From an uncultured virus (IMG/VR IMGVR_UViG_3300023184_000091) (Duplodnaviria; Heunggongvirae; Uroviricota; Caudoviricetes), in IMG/VR virus record IMGVR_UViG_3300023184_000091: 64,000 nt of DNA. The stretch is one strand, 5' to 3'. Both the position numbers and the translations under genes were made by a program. The notes under the pieces were generated by a model, which ran no database searches, was not told where the DNA came from, and was given only the letters and a program-made list of their open reading frames with translations. This document shows, piece by piece, positions 20,963 to 30,405 of this stretch (position 1 is the stretch's first letter; every line of letters begins with the position of its first letter).

Positions 20963-21099
20963 CCTTTAAATACTGTGCGCTCACGTGCACTCATATTGCG
21001 GTTAAACGTTGTGAAGTTACCTACTGAGTTCTTAAACTCTTGTACTAGCACTTCTAATGGGCGTGGGTTTTTTTCTGCGTTTTTCATCTTATGGTTGGA

Positions 21100-21714
21100 T
21101 TAAATGTTTACAATGTTTCCCTCTTCAGCAAATTCATAGTCTAGCCCGTCCTCTATCTTCTGCTCTATGTTTTCATCTGAGAAGTATTCCTTTATTCCTT
21201 TTGTTATTCTTATTCCTATTTGGGCGACGTGTGCTTCGAACTTTTCCGAGGCGCTCTCGATGATACTATTTATCACCCCGTGGCGAGGGTCTTCGGTGCT
21301 AAAAGGATTTTCAATTTCTATAACCGTCCTTCCGTTATGGTCTAGTATCTCTATTCCTATGTAGTGAAATATTTCTGGGATACCCAACCAGGTCTTAAAC
21401 ATTTTGTGATTTGTAATTTCTAGGGCTTCTGCTATTTGAACAGTTTCGAAGTAGTCTTCAAACTCTATACCCTTTCTGTTATTCTTGAAAACGAATTGGC
21501 CGTATCCATTATGGCTGTTACGGTCGTAATAATCCTCGCCAAGAAGAGCCACCATTTCTTTGTGGGGTGGCTCGAATAGAGAGCAATCATCAATAGCCCA
21601 GTCGTAAGCATCACGTGCTTGATCCTCTTCTATATCCTCTCTTACCTCTTGTATAGCTGTGGCCTTAGCCGATTCAGAAAGTTCTGAATATTTAAGTAGC
21701 GTTATTGTTCTCAT
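21100..21714 (-). CDS. phage protein, paralog of 43680-44360
   Basis: YSELSESAKATAI...SDENI....YEFAEEGNI. Confidence 0.75.
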   Translation of the reverse strand: MRTITLLKYSELSESAKATAIQEVREDIEEDQARDAYDWAIDDCSLFEPPHKEMVALLGEDYYDRNSHNGYGQFVFKNNRKGIEFEDYFETVQIAEALEITNHKMFKTWLGIPEIFHYIGIEILDHNGRTVIEIENPFSTEDPRHGVINSIIESASEKFEAHVAQIGIRITKGIKEYFSDENIEQKIEDGLDYEFAEEGNIVNI

Positions 21715-21788
21715 AGTTGACTGTTGGTTGGTTATAAAGCAAAGATAAGATTCCTGAATCGGATAAAAAAATAAAAATGGAACTTTTT

Positions 21789-22403
21789 TTAAATAATTAA
21801 ATCTGTTCCAGTTTCCTCTATCATAGATATCCTAAGCTTAAGATCTTCTATCTGTGAATCAATCTCTCTAATAGCAGCACCCTTCTTCTGAACCAAATCA
21901 TTCATCTCTTGATATCTGGCCTGGATTTTCTCGGCAATCTTAGGATGAAGCCATTTAGTATTAGTGATGCTAATCTTATCTTTTAGCTCGTTCTCATTTT
22001 CCACAGTAAGCTCGACCAACGTGTTTGGCCTATATGAATAGAAGTAGGGCTTTAACCCACGCTTATACAGATCCAACGTTTCTGCAACACTTAGTTCTTT
22101 CTTGGCTAACAACTTTTCAAGAGCGGATTGTTCGGGCTTAAAAAAGGGCTTCTTATAAGCTTCCACATCAGTCAGTGGTCGTTGTTGTCTAGCATCAGCA
22201 ATATCATTCATCAACTTATTTTCCATTTCTTCCATATCCAACCCTGACTGATCCCAGAAGGTCTCTGGCATTTCTGTTACCCGTTGGGTAGCTATCAAAT
22301 CTCCTTCCTGGTTCTCAACCCTTGATGCAACTCTCGGATAGTCCATATAACTATAAGGAGCTGCGAACTTTTCATATAACCCTAATAAATCTTTTTCATC
22401 CAT
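21789..22403 (-). CDS. hypothetical protein with a C-terminal coiled coil
   Basis: 204 aa ORF. Confidence 0.7.
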   Translation of the reverse strand: MDEKDLLGLYEKFAAPYSYMDYPRVASRVENQEGDLIATQRVTEMPETFWDQSGLDMEEMENKLMNDIADARQQRPLTDVEAYKKPFFKPEQSALEKLLAKKELSVAETLDLYKRGLKPYFYSYRPNTLVELTVENENELKDKISITNTKWLHPKIAEKIQARYQEMNDLVQKKGAAIREIDSQIEDLKLRISMIEETGTDLII

Positions 22404-22404
22404 A

Positions 22405-22617
22405 TTATACTTTTCTTTTTATTTTAATACCATATGCCTTTCTGCCTTTAACTAAAAGTTTCCCGTATGCTTCCACCCCCATGGAACGTCGGAGACTAAT
22501 TTTCTTTTTTCTTAACTCTTTAACTAAATCCCATTTTTTAATACCATCTTGCTCTAAACTAAATTCTAGATGCAAAATAAGAATCTCGCTAAAAAGAATT
22601 CTCTGGTTTTCTGTCAT
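22405..22617 (-). CDS. hypothetical protein
   Basis: 70 aa ORF, similar to 3960-4184. Confidence 0.6.
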   Translation of the reverse strand: MTENQRILFSEILILHLEFSLEQDGIKKWDLVKELRKKKISLRRSMGVEAYGKLLVKGRKAYGIKIKRKV

Positions 22618-22850
22618 TGTTTTATTTTTTAATTAAACATCGTATTCTTTTTTTTATTTCGAATACTAATACAAAAATAATAAAAACACGCGGGAATAAA
22701 AAATATTTCGGGAATAAAAAATATTTTTATAAAATGTTTAAAACTTTTTTTTATTTACTAAAAAAGAAAAAAGAAAAACAAACACCACAAAAAAACCGCG
22801 GGAACGTTGACCGCGGTTTCTGGATGTATTACCTTAAATCTTTTAAACGC

Positions 22851-23144
22851 TTACTCCATTCTTTTATAGTAGTCCTTATCCTTATCCTTATCCACCTTCT
22901 TGCATTCCTTGAACTCTTTAAACTTTTTAATTATCTCCTCCTGCTCTGGAGTAGATTTACTATCCCGATAAAGCCATTGAAAGAAAAGGAAGGAGACCAA
23001 CACGAAGATGGGTCGGCAAACACCCGGCCACTTAGTGGGATTCATTTCCATAGATGCCAGGGATATACATCCTCCAGCTAAAAATACCGAGAGAGCTAGG
23101 TATCCTAATACTCTCTTTGTTCTCGTTGATAACGTTTCTTCCAT
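22851..23144 (-). CDS. membrane protein
   Basis: Two hydrophobic helices, DKDKDK tail. Confidence 0.6.
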   Translation of the reverse strand: MEETLSTRTKRVLGYLALSVFLAGGCISLASMEMNPTKWPGVCRPIFVLVSFLFFQWLYRDSKSTPEQEEIIKKFKEFKECKKVDKDKDKDYYKRME

Positions 23145-23918
23145 TTGGGTTGTGTTATTTGATATTATATATTATAGCGCACAATCAGGAAAAGGATCCG
23201 GGTGCCCGGGTGAGTATGTTAGCATCATACTATGTACTGGCCTTCTTACCCTTACTCTTCTTGGATAGCGTCTTCTTAGCCAGCGAATCCCTCGTGGGGT
23301 TTACCGTCGGTTCCAGCTCTTTAGATTCTGAAGCTGGTCTTTTAATTTCTGTGATTCCTATTCTCATGGTTTAGCTTTTAATCCGGTTCCGCATTAGTTG
23401 AAGGTAGTTGACCTGACTACTGTATGAAGAATCCCTGGGAGATATAACAAAGGTTCCGATTTCGAAGAGTGTGGCTTCTCTGTCTTCCCTGATGATTCTC
23501 ATCATTTGGTTTATGGTCTCGCTCTTGTCAAACGAGTTGGCAAGTACTGATTTTAGTTCTCTCTCGAGATGCGATGTGTCCTTCATTCGAGGAACATCTT
23601 GATTTGGTTTTGTCATAGTGTTTCTATCCGAACTTGAATGCCAGGCAACCGATCCCTGCAAACCAGGCAGCTATCGAAACCCATATAATCAAGTCTTGTG
23701 TTTTTTTATTTAACTTCATGAGGTAAATATAAACATAAATTACGGGGATAAAAAATAAATCGCGCCCTAGTTAGTATGTTATCATCATACTATGTTTGGG
23801 AGGAGAATCAGGAGCCGTCTGTTGGGAACGCGGGCTCACAAAAAACCCGAGAACGTTTTTTATCCTCGGGGTTAATGTTTATATTTGTAGTGGTGGGGTT
23901 AAGTTAACCCTTATTAAC

Positions 23919-24467
23919 CTAAGCCTCTGGGAAGGCCTTGGACAGCACACTGGCTGCCCTTTTATACTCGTCCATCGTGGATGTGCTAGGGTTATAATAC
24001 CTTCTACCCTCTCTAGGCTTACTGTAGTTCACGTAGTCCTCGATCAAAGCCTCGGCTAACGGTAGGTCTATTTTAAATAGCCTCTCACCATCCTTTTCAT
24101 CCCAAGCCTCTTTGCCCTCTAGGTGTTCGTTAGCCTTTAGTATATCCGTGGCGATGCAAGCGTACTCATCATCCTCAAAGCCCTCAGCCCTTTCCCTATC
24201 GTCATCCTCACCTGCTGGGTAGTAGTAGAGGTAGTCTTCATAGTCTGATTCGATATCTGTGACATCCATCACCCATAGGGAGTTGTCGCTTTTTCTCTTA
24301 AGGATAGCGTCATCACCCGGCGTTCCCAACACCACGAAATCTCTTCTGGCTTCTGGGTACTCGATGTCCGCAACCGGCTCCGGATCCTCGGGTTGGTTCC
24401 AAGGGGCACTAGGATCGCTGTCCCACCAATCCCCTTCGTATAGCTTAAACGACTTTAGATTCTTCAT
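23919..24467 (-). CDS. acidic putative virion internal protein
   Basis: Late promoter; MKNLKSFKLYE N-terminus. Confidence 0.7.
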   Translation of the reverse strand: MKNLKSFKLYEGDWWDSDPSAPWNQPEDPEPVADIEYPEARRDFVVLGTPGDDAILKRKSDNSLWVMDVTDIESDYEDYLYYYPAGEDDDRERAEGFEDDEYACIATDILKANEHLEGKEAWDEKDGERLFKIDLPLAEALIEDYVNYSKPREGRRYYNPSTSTMDEYKRAASVLSKAFPEA

Positions 24468-24479
24468 ACGCTATATATC

Positions 24480-25062
24480 ACCCTGAGGTGCAAGGGCTTT
24501 TTCACCACAGACCTCGATGGGAACCCGGCCTCCAAATAGAATATACTAGTAAGGTTCCGTCTCTTATAGGCAGAGAGCATGGACGTAATGTCCAACCAGA
24601 TGTCCAAGCTAATAGAGAGCATACACCTAAGGAAGATCCATAGAATCCTAGGACCGAGGCGAGGCGGAGAGATCCCAGCCCAATAGGGATCATACGAGGC
24701 GGTAAATCGGGGCGGAGACTTAGGAGCCCAACCGGGGCGGAGAGTTCTTGGGCAACCTTACCACAAATCTCCACAATTTACCACTTTACGACACAATTAT
24801 CTAAAATGTTAATAAGTCTGACAGGACCGTGGGAATCTGAGTCGAGACCGGGCCGGATCTCTGGGAGATCGGGGAAATCTTAGAAATCCCATATACCCAC
24901 CCTGGGTGGTAGCTCAGCCCTCTAGAGGGGTTGCCAAGAGGGGCCAGAGTTCGCTTGTACGTCTGGGTAGTATCTTAGTAACATACTATGTTCTGGGCTT
25001 TGTTCCGGGATCCCTATGATTGGGGGATGCTGTCCCTATAGATAGGGGTGATGGTTGGGGAT
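24480..25062. other. non-coding, relatively GC-rich block with phased repeats (candidate origin, terminus or packaging region)
   Basis: CCAC at 24761/24771/24781 (ACAC at 24791), repeated GGCGG(AGA), hairpin-like segments at 24890-24930, one motif-B copy. Confidence 0.5.
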
Positions 25063-25064
25063 AC

Positions 25065-25484
25065 TTATAGCTCTACTCTACTCCAGGTACCATCTGAGTT
25101 TAGTGACCCAGAGTACAGGTAGTTCTGTCTCCACTCTCTGGGAGATATGAGGCTTAGGAACTGTGAGCCGTCTGCCTTCTCATATAGATGATACACCTCT
25201 CCTAGTACAGGCTCGAATGATCTACTGGCTGAGTAGAGTTGTAGGTTTAGAGTGTAGTCTTCTTGTAGCTTCCTTATAAGGTCTGCTATCTCGTCTGTTC
25301 TCTTCTGTAACGACTTAGTGACCTTATGTGCCTGTAGGGAGTTGAATGCTGTTAGGTCTAGTCTCTCTATCTTAGGTGCTGCTACGTGGTGTGGGTATGA
25401 TAATAGATTAGGTTTTAGTTCTACCTTGTCTATATGTGATTGTGTACTCATGCTTCTACTTAGTTGTTCTCTATCTATCTTCAT
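25065..25484 (-). CDS. DUF2452-like protein
   Basis: FEPVLGEVYHLYEKADGSQFLSLISPREW. Confidence 0.75.
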   Translation of the reverse strand: MKIDREQLSRSMSTQSHIDKVELKPNLLSYPHHVAAPKIERLDLTAFNSLQAHKVTKSLQKRTDEIADLIRKLQEDYTLNLQLYSASRSFEPVLGEVYHLYEKADGSQFLSLISPREWRQNYLYSGSLNSDGTWSRVEL

Positions 25485-25630
25485 CTATAAGAGACGGAAC
25501 ATTATCTATATCTATTTGGAGGCCGGGCCTGGTTGGGAATAAAGGCCGAAAAGGCCCGCTTTCATTTTTTATGTGCGTAAATCTTTCGTACATTTGATGA
25601 TATATAAACCAAACAAAAAAATAAATTAAA

Positions 25631-26065
25631 ATGCAACACATTAAATTATTTGAAAGCTTCACAACATCTGATTATAAGGTTGTAGGTGTTTTTACTGAAA
25701 CTGAAATGTCGGTAGGTGTTTTTCCTCGATCGGAAGCTGAACTAATCTACTCAAGACTACGTAGGGCTATTCCGGATAATTCAGATTATGCATCCGTTGA
25801 AATAGTTGATCTTCCGGAAGATCATGATCTAGTTGTGGTTCCAATGGGAGGAAGAGGAATATCAACATCAAATGCCGAAGAATTAGGCGGTTACAATCTT
25901 AATGACGTTGAAGATGTGGTGGAGCTTGGCCAATCATATGATTACAGCGATCCTGATCAGATGATATTTAAAGCTGATAGAAATCTGGGAGGATTTGTTG
26001 TTTTGGATTCTTCTGGACAAACTAGATTAGCCCCAGCAAGAGAGATAGAGAATCTGATATCTTAA
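25631..26065 (+). CDS. putative virion internal protein
   Basis: Late promoter; MQHIKLFESF. Confidence 0.7.
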   Translation: MQHIKLFESFTTSDYKVVGVFTETEMSVGVFPRSEAELIYSRLRRAIPDNSDYASVEIVDLPEDHDLVVVPMGGRGISTSNAEELGGYNLNDVEDVVELGQSYDYSDPDQMIFKADRNLGGFVVLDSSGQTRLAPAREIENLIS

Positions 26066-26178
26066 ATGATATAGAACATAAAAAAAGAATAAAACAGATC
26101 TAATATATTTTTAAAAAGCAGGCTTCGGTCTGCTTTTTTTGTGGACGATATATAAAACAATTAAAAAAACATAATAAA

Positions 26179-26859
26179 ATGAAAAACCTAAAAACGATTA
26201 CCATTTGTCTCTTTGCATCGCTACTTATAGCTGGATGCTCAGACACGGTACAAAAAGTGCAAGTTGCTCAAGAGAACGAGGCTAAAGCCCTTAAAATTCA
26301 CGAAGGTGCTTTTGCTTTCTGTGGAGCATCTGCTGCAGTGCCTACAGGCAATAAGATCATTATTCAAGGCGTGGAGTTCGATGAAGGCTGTGCTATCTGT
26401 CCAGTTCTAACCGGACCTTCCATCTCTAATCTAGACATGTATGGCAGCGGAGGTACTTGGGGAGATTTCGCAGTGGCGTCCAACTTTCAAACACCAGACG
26501 GAACAGATAAAACAATCTGGAGCCTATTCTGGTACTTTGACACCACTACCACTATTCCCCAGTTCAACCCTGCAAGCAAGCAGTGGGAGTTATCTTCTCC
26601 AGTGAACAGATCATTTACTATTAATCTGGATTCACCAGCAACATCTGAGAGCAACATGTTTGCTATGCCGGGTGTGATTTTTGACACCACTGCATCTGGA
26701 ATCGTCTTAGCTAAAGTCTACGGACCACTTAACGAAGCAGCAATTCCTTTACGTAAAGCAGTAGCTGTTAAGAACGGAGAGACTTCAATAACTGCAGCAA
26801 AAGAAGGATTTCCCTACCCAGTAGGTACGCCAATCCCGACAATGCCAAAGAAAAAGTAA
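26179..26859 (+). CDS. lipoprotein, unknown function
   Basis: LLIAGC lipobox; FAFCGAS and CAICP motifs. Confidence 0.75.
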   Translation: MKNLKTITICLFASLLIAGCSDTVQKVQVAQENEAKALKIHEGAFAFCGASAAVPTGNKIIIQGVEFDEGCAICPVLTGPSISNLDMYGSGGTWGDFAVASNFQTPDGTDKTIWSLFWYFDTTTTIPQFNPASKQWELSSPVNRSFTINLDSPATSESNMFAMPGVIFDTTASGIVLAKVYGPLNEAAIPLRKAVAVKNGETSITAAKEGFPYPVGTPIPTMPKKK

Positions 26860-26983
26860 ACCACTCACAATTAAATTAAAGCAGACAGTTGTCTGCTTTT
26901 TTTGTGGGCTTAAACGTCGAAACTATTCCGCCCGTCTGTTCTATAATTGATTCATATCCAATATAAACTAAAATAATAAAAAA

Positions 26984-28414
26984 ATGAAAAAACTACTAAG
27001 TGCTCTCGGTATCCTAACCGCACTCTTCATTGTCTCTTGTAGCAATGAGACTGATGTGAGATACGTGAGAAAAAATGCAAACAGCACAGAGGCCCAGGCA
27101 GACATTGAGGCCATGCAGAAAGCAATGACGATCATGAAGGCTAAAGATTGCAACGATCCAACAAGCTGGTACTACCAGGCAGCTATGCACTGGATCCCAG
27201 ATCAGATTGATTCAAATAAGTTGTGTGCTTCATACAGCGATTGGAGCGAGTTAAAAATGGCATGGGACGAGTGCACACACTCTAACAGTGGAGCGGAAGA
27301 GATCAACTTCCTTATCTGGCACAGAATGTACATCTGGCATTTCGAGAAGATTGTGAGAAAGACATCAGGCAAGGCAGACTTCGCTTTACCATACTGGGGC
27401 TACACCAACTACGATGAGTCTGATAAAGTTATGCCAGAAGGCTGGAGAAACGCACAGAGCTCTTTATACGAGGATGCAAGAATCGAATCTTTAAATAACG
27501 GCAGACCTATTGAAGGAGCAGCACGCAGAGCAATCGATGGAGGTTATCCTAAGTTGATGGAGATCACTGACTACCAAACATTCAACTCCAACTTTGATAG
27601 GGGTATTCATGGCACCATGCACAACTACATCGGTATGGGTAATCATATCCACACCACATACTATAACAGAATCATGCAGAAGGAATCTTTAACTGGTTTA
27701 ATGGCTCAAGTTCCCACGGCAGCATTCGATCCTATCTTCTGGGCACATCACTCAAACATCGACCGAGTTTTCCAACAGTGGTTAAGTTCACCTAACGGTC
27801 AAAAGATCACTTTGGAACAGTTAAAGGCTAATCCTTGGAAATATCAATTCTTTGATGAGAACGGTAAATCTGTTGTTTACACACCAGAAGAAATTTTGGC
27901 TGTCGTGTACAATATGGATTATGACTATGATGACACTAGGGTTCAGCTAAACTCAAACGCTCCTGATGCCGTAGTTGGTGTTAAAGAGGTTATCGCATCT
28001 GCATCTCCGAATATTAATTTAGAAGGAAATGTAACACACATCGGAACTTTAACTAGTCCTGCTAATTATGATCACGCTAAAACGTTATTGGAGATTTCGA
28101 TGACCTTTGACGAAATCCCAATGGGAGTCTACGAAGTGTATGTTAATCATAACGGATCGGCATTCGATCCTAGCAGCAAATCATTTGTCGGCATCATGTC
28201 TTTCTTTGGCGCCACACACGGTGATCCAAGAAACAAGCAATGCTTAAAAGGATGTTGTAGTCCTGTTAGTGAAGACGGTAAGCTAATGACTGTCTTTAAA
28301 TACGAGCTCAACACATCTGCATCTTATGATGTTGTGATCTACAAAGTCGGCGACGACGCATCTGGCAAGGGTCTAAAAGCCAACAAGCTGGAGATCAGAA
28401 ATTATAAAATGTAA
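26984..28414 (+). CDS. tyrosinase / polyphenol oxidase (type-3 copper), lipoprotein
   Basis: CuA His set (MHW, CTH, FLIWHRMY), LPYW, CuB set (HGTMHNYIG, AAFDPIFWAHHSNIDR); FIVSC lipobox. Confidence 0.9.
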   Translation: MKKLLSALGILTALFIVSCSNETDVRYVRKNANSTEAQADIEAMQKAMTIMKAKDCNDPTSWYYQAAMHWIPDQIDSNKLCASYSDWSELKMAWDECTHSNSGAEEINFLIWHRMYIWHFEKIVRKTSGKADFALPYWGYTNYDESDKVMPEGWRNAQSSLYEDARIESLNNGRPIEGAARRAIDGGYPKLMEITDYQTFNSNFDRGIHGTMHNYIGMGNHIHTTYYNRIMQKESLTGLMAQVPTAAFDPIFWAHHSNIDRVFQQWLSSPNGQKITLEQLKANPWKYQFFDENGKSVVYTPEEILAVVYNMDYDYDDTRVQLNSNAPDAVVGVKEVIASASPNINLEGNVTHIGTLTSPANYDHAKTLLEISMTFDEIPMGVYEVYVNHNGSAFDPSSKSFVGIMSFFGATHGDPRNKQCLKGCCSPVSEDGKLMTVFKYELNTSASYDVVIYKVGDDASGKGLKANKLEIRNYKM

Positions 28415-28495
28415 AATTTACCAACCAACTATATAAAAGCAGACTCCGGTCTGCTTTTTTTGTGGGATATATAGATGAAAATAGTCAAACCCTAA

Positions 28496-29311
28496 ATGTC
28501 AACATCAAGACCATTCACATACAACACAGGATCCGCCATACCTGGAACAGACCAAGTTGGAGATCTAGCAATAGGATATCCAACATCAGGATTTGAATCA
28601 ACAGGATTACAATGGTGGGCAGGACCGGATGAGGATCTAGGATACGTGATAGGTAAGCCTGTTGCAGGAAATAATCAGCCAAATCCACTTGGTATACCAG
28701 CATCTGTTGGCTTCAACAGATCGACTGCCCTAACAGACCCTTCGTTCATTAGTATAGCAAACGCGGTAGCTGGACCTTCTGGACCTTTTGCTTCCGCAGC
28801 TAATGCAAAGACCTGGCTTAATGCTAATGGTTATTGGACTTCTTATGCGGGAGGTACAGGGGGAGCTGGTGGAACGGGAGATTTTAACGTAAGCATTACA
28901 CAGGTTGGATCTGATGTGGTTTGGTCTGGATCAGGTAGCTTCAATCTAACTGCATTGACATCTGCAGGAACTACTACTATAGGTGGAGGATTCCAAGCAA
29001 ATCAAGCTATCTGGGCGATTGGCCCAGTCACTTCAGTAGACATATATAGCGGAGCAATAACATATCCAACAACCTTTGGAGGTAATGGTGTTGGTGTAAC
29101 ATCAAATACAGGTTCAACATACGGTATTCTTCCAGGTGGAAGTGGACGTACATTATATGTTCCTCTTGGGTACACCTCGAATTCATTTATTAGTGGAACC
29201 TCAACCTACAACAGTACAACAATTGCAGGTATGGGATTAACCCCTGGAACATACACTTGGAGTTGGGGCTCATCACCAAATACGAGTACATTGGTAATGG
29301 TAATCGGCTAA
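28496..29311 (+). CDS. Gly/Ser/Thr-rich putative virion structural protein
   Basis: Late promoter; two beta-rich domains joined by a GGTGGAGGTG linker. Confidence 0.6.
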   Translation: MSTSRPFTYNTGSAIPGTDQVGDLAIGYPTSGFESTGLQWWAGPDEDLGYVIGKPVAGNNQPNPLGIPASVGFNRSTALTDPSFISIANAVAGPSGPFASAANAKTWLNANGYWTSYAGGTGGAGGTGDFNVSITQVGSDVVWSGSGSFNLTALTSAGTTTIGGGFQANQAIWAIGPVTSVDIYSGAITYPTTFGGNGVGVTSNTGSTYGILPGGSGRTLYVPLGYTSNSFISGTSTYNSTTIAGMGLTPGTYTWSWGSSPNTSTLVMVIG

Positions 29312-29317
29312 TAGATT

Positions 29318-29794
29318 ATGTTTAAGTACATCTCAGAAATATTATCACAGTTTACTAGGACGCAGAGAATAATGGCACTCATAATGGTTCTTACAACCAT
29401 TACCATTATTTCTCTCGCACCTAGTCTTATATCATCGATAACTATGGATAGGCATGAACTCGAGGATAAGATCACAAAGCAGACAGAAAGAATATCCTCA
29501 TTGGAGAATCTTGTTGACACATTAGATCAGAAAATTAGGGAGAGCCAAAGATCTTGTACACAGGAGATATTTACTAGGGAAGAAGAATTTATTAAGATGC
29601 TAGATGATATTAAAGCTGAAGCATACAAATGCAGAGAATCTAACACAACAGCCAAGATGCTTATTAAAACCGATGAATCAGACGGTGAACCTGTTATGAA
29701 AATGCAGCAAATCCCAATCCCTGAATCAAAGACAGATATTTCTCCTATACTGAGAAAGATTGACAGGATGAAAAGAGAGATTAAGAAGAATTAA
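29318..29794 (+). CDS. membrane-anchored coiled-coil protein (spanin-like?)
   Basis: One N-terminal TM helix followed by heptad repeats. Confidence 0.5.
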   Translation: MFKYISEILSQFTRTQRIMALIMVLTTITIISLAPSLISSITMDRHELEDKITKQTERISSLENLVDTLDQKIRESQRSCTQEIFTREEEFIKMLDDIKAEAYKCRESNTTAKMLIKTDESDGEPVMKMQQIPIPESKTDISPILRKIDRMKREIKKN

Positions 29795-30250
29795 TTACTT
29801 CTCATCAGGTGGGTAGATATCTTCAATCCAACTAGGAACTTCATCTAAAAGTTCCATCTTATCCGAATATCCATACTTTTTATAATCCTTTAGTGGAAGC
29901 ACAGAGTACCTTTCTTTTTTATCTTTAGAAAATTGTTTGTGTGCAAAGTCAAGTACAAGATCATCAATTAGGATTGCTATATGTGCATCTTTAGCTTTTT
30001 CTGTCTCTGGAAAGTAAACTATCCTAACTGGTGTTCCGTTATTCTCGCACCATTGATAAAACTCCTGAACATACCAAGCACAGTTACCTTTCTTCTTATT
30101 GAATTCCTTGCCCACTCTTAGATCGTAGTTCTTTCCCAGATCTCTTAGAAATTGATCTGCAATGTTTTCTACACCTGGTTTGCTAACTTTAAAGCTGGTA
30201 GGAACCATTCGATTCTCGTAATCATCAAATGTCACTATAAATTTCATCAT
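29795..30250 (-). CDS. putative virion protein with a Cys-His-Asp (papain/transglutaminase-like) motif set
   Basis: KGNCAWY, DAHIAIL, VLDF; late promoter; MKFIVTFDDYE. Confidence 0.5.
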   Translation of the reverse strand: MMKFIVTFDDYENRMVPTSFKVSKPGVENIADQFLRDLGKNYDLRVGKEFNKKKGNCAWYVQEFYQWCENNGTPVRIVYFPETEKAKDAHIAILIDDLVLDFAHKQFSKDKKERYSVLPLKDYKKYGYSDKMELLDEVPSWIEDIYPPDEK

Positions 30251-30285
30251 GCTCTATATATCCTGTTTGACGAGTAGCATATATA

Positions 30286-30376
30286 GTGTATCCGGCGGGT
30301 ATAAACCCCCATTTTAGGACCGGAGTGGTTACGATCACTGAAAGACGGGAACTCGCTACTCTCGTCTTTCTTTTTT
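30286..30376 (+). ncRNA. candidate small structured RNA
   Basis: catatatag upstream; stems TCCGG/CCGGA, GGGT/ACCC, GTGGT/ATCAC, AAAGACGGGA/TCTCGTCTTT followed by a T-tract. Confidence 0.45.
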
Positions 30377-30405
30377 GGATATATAGAGCAAACAAAAGAA
30401 TAACT

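Larger units (their letters stand above)
849..22819. repeat. dispersed dyad motif A, GGGAACGTTGACAACGGTTT, about 21 copies
   Basis: Copies at 849(-), 947, 1043, 1137, 1231(-), 1359, 1821, 2161, 2269, 3043, 5281(-), 5720, 6779, 7325, 7863, 9360, 10329, 10998, 14910, 17568(-), 22800; all outside the genes accepted here; core AACGTTG-N-CAACG(G)TT. Confidence 0.92.
1762..24991 (+). repeat. dispersed dyad motif B, AGTATG-N7-CATACTATGT, 7 copies
   Basis: 1762, 3436, 7812, 11412, 23213, 23773, 24969; same orientation, usually preceded by a GC-rich patch. Confidence 0.92.

Noticed and set aside
849..22819. CRISPR array interpretation of motif A
   Set aside because: Spacing is irregular (about 100 bp to several kb) with whole genes in between, orientation is mixed, and no cas genes are visible.
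24502..24774. 90 aa minus-strand ORF
   Set aside because: Atypical composition, GTG start, lies in the phased-repeat block.
24758..24800. DnaA boxes
   Set aside because: TTACCACA and TCTCCACA only partly match TTATCCACA; kept only as phased repeats.
1762..24991. Integron attC sites
   Set aside because: No RYYYAAC...GTTRRRY bounded long imperfect palindromes and no integrase in the window.
30286..30405. GTG-start N-terminal extension of ClpC
   Set aside because: It spans a hairpin/T-tract and the late promoter; the ATG at 30406 is more plausible.
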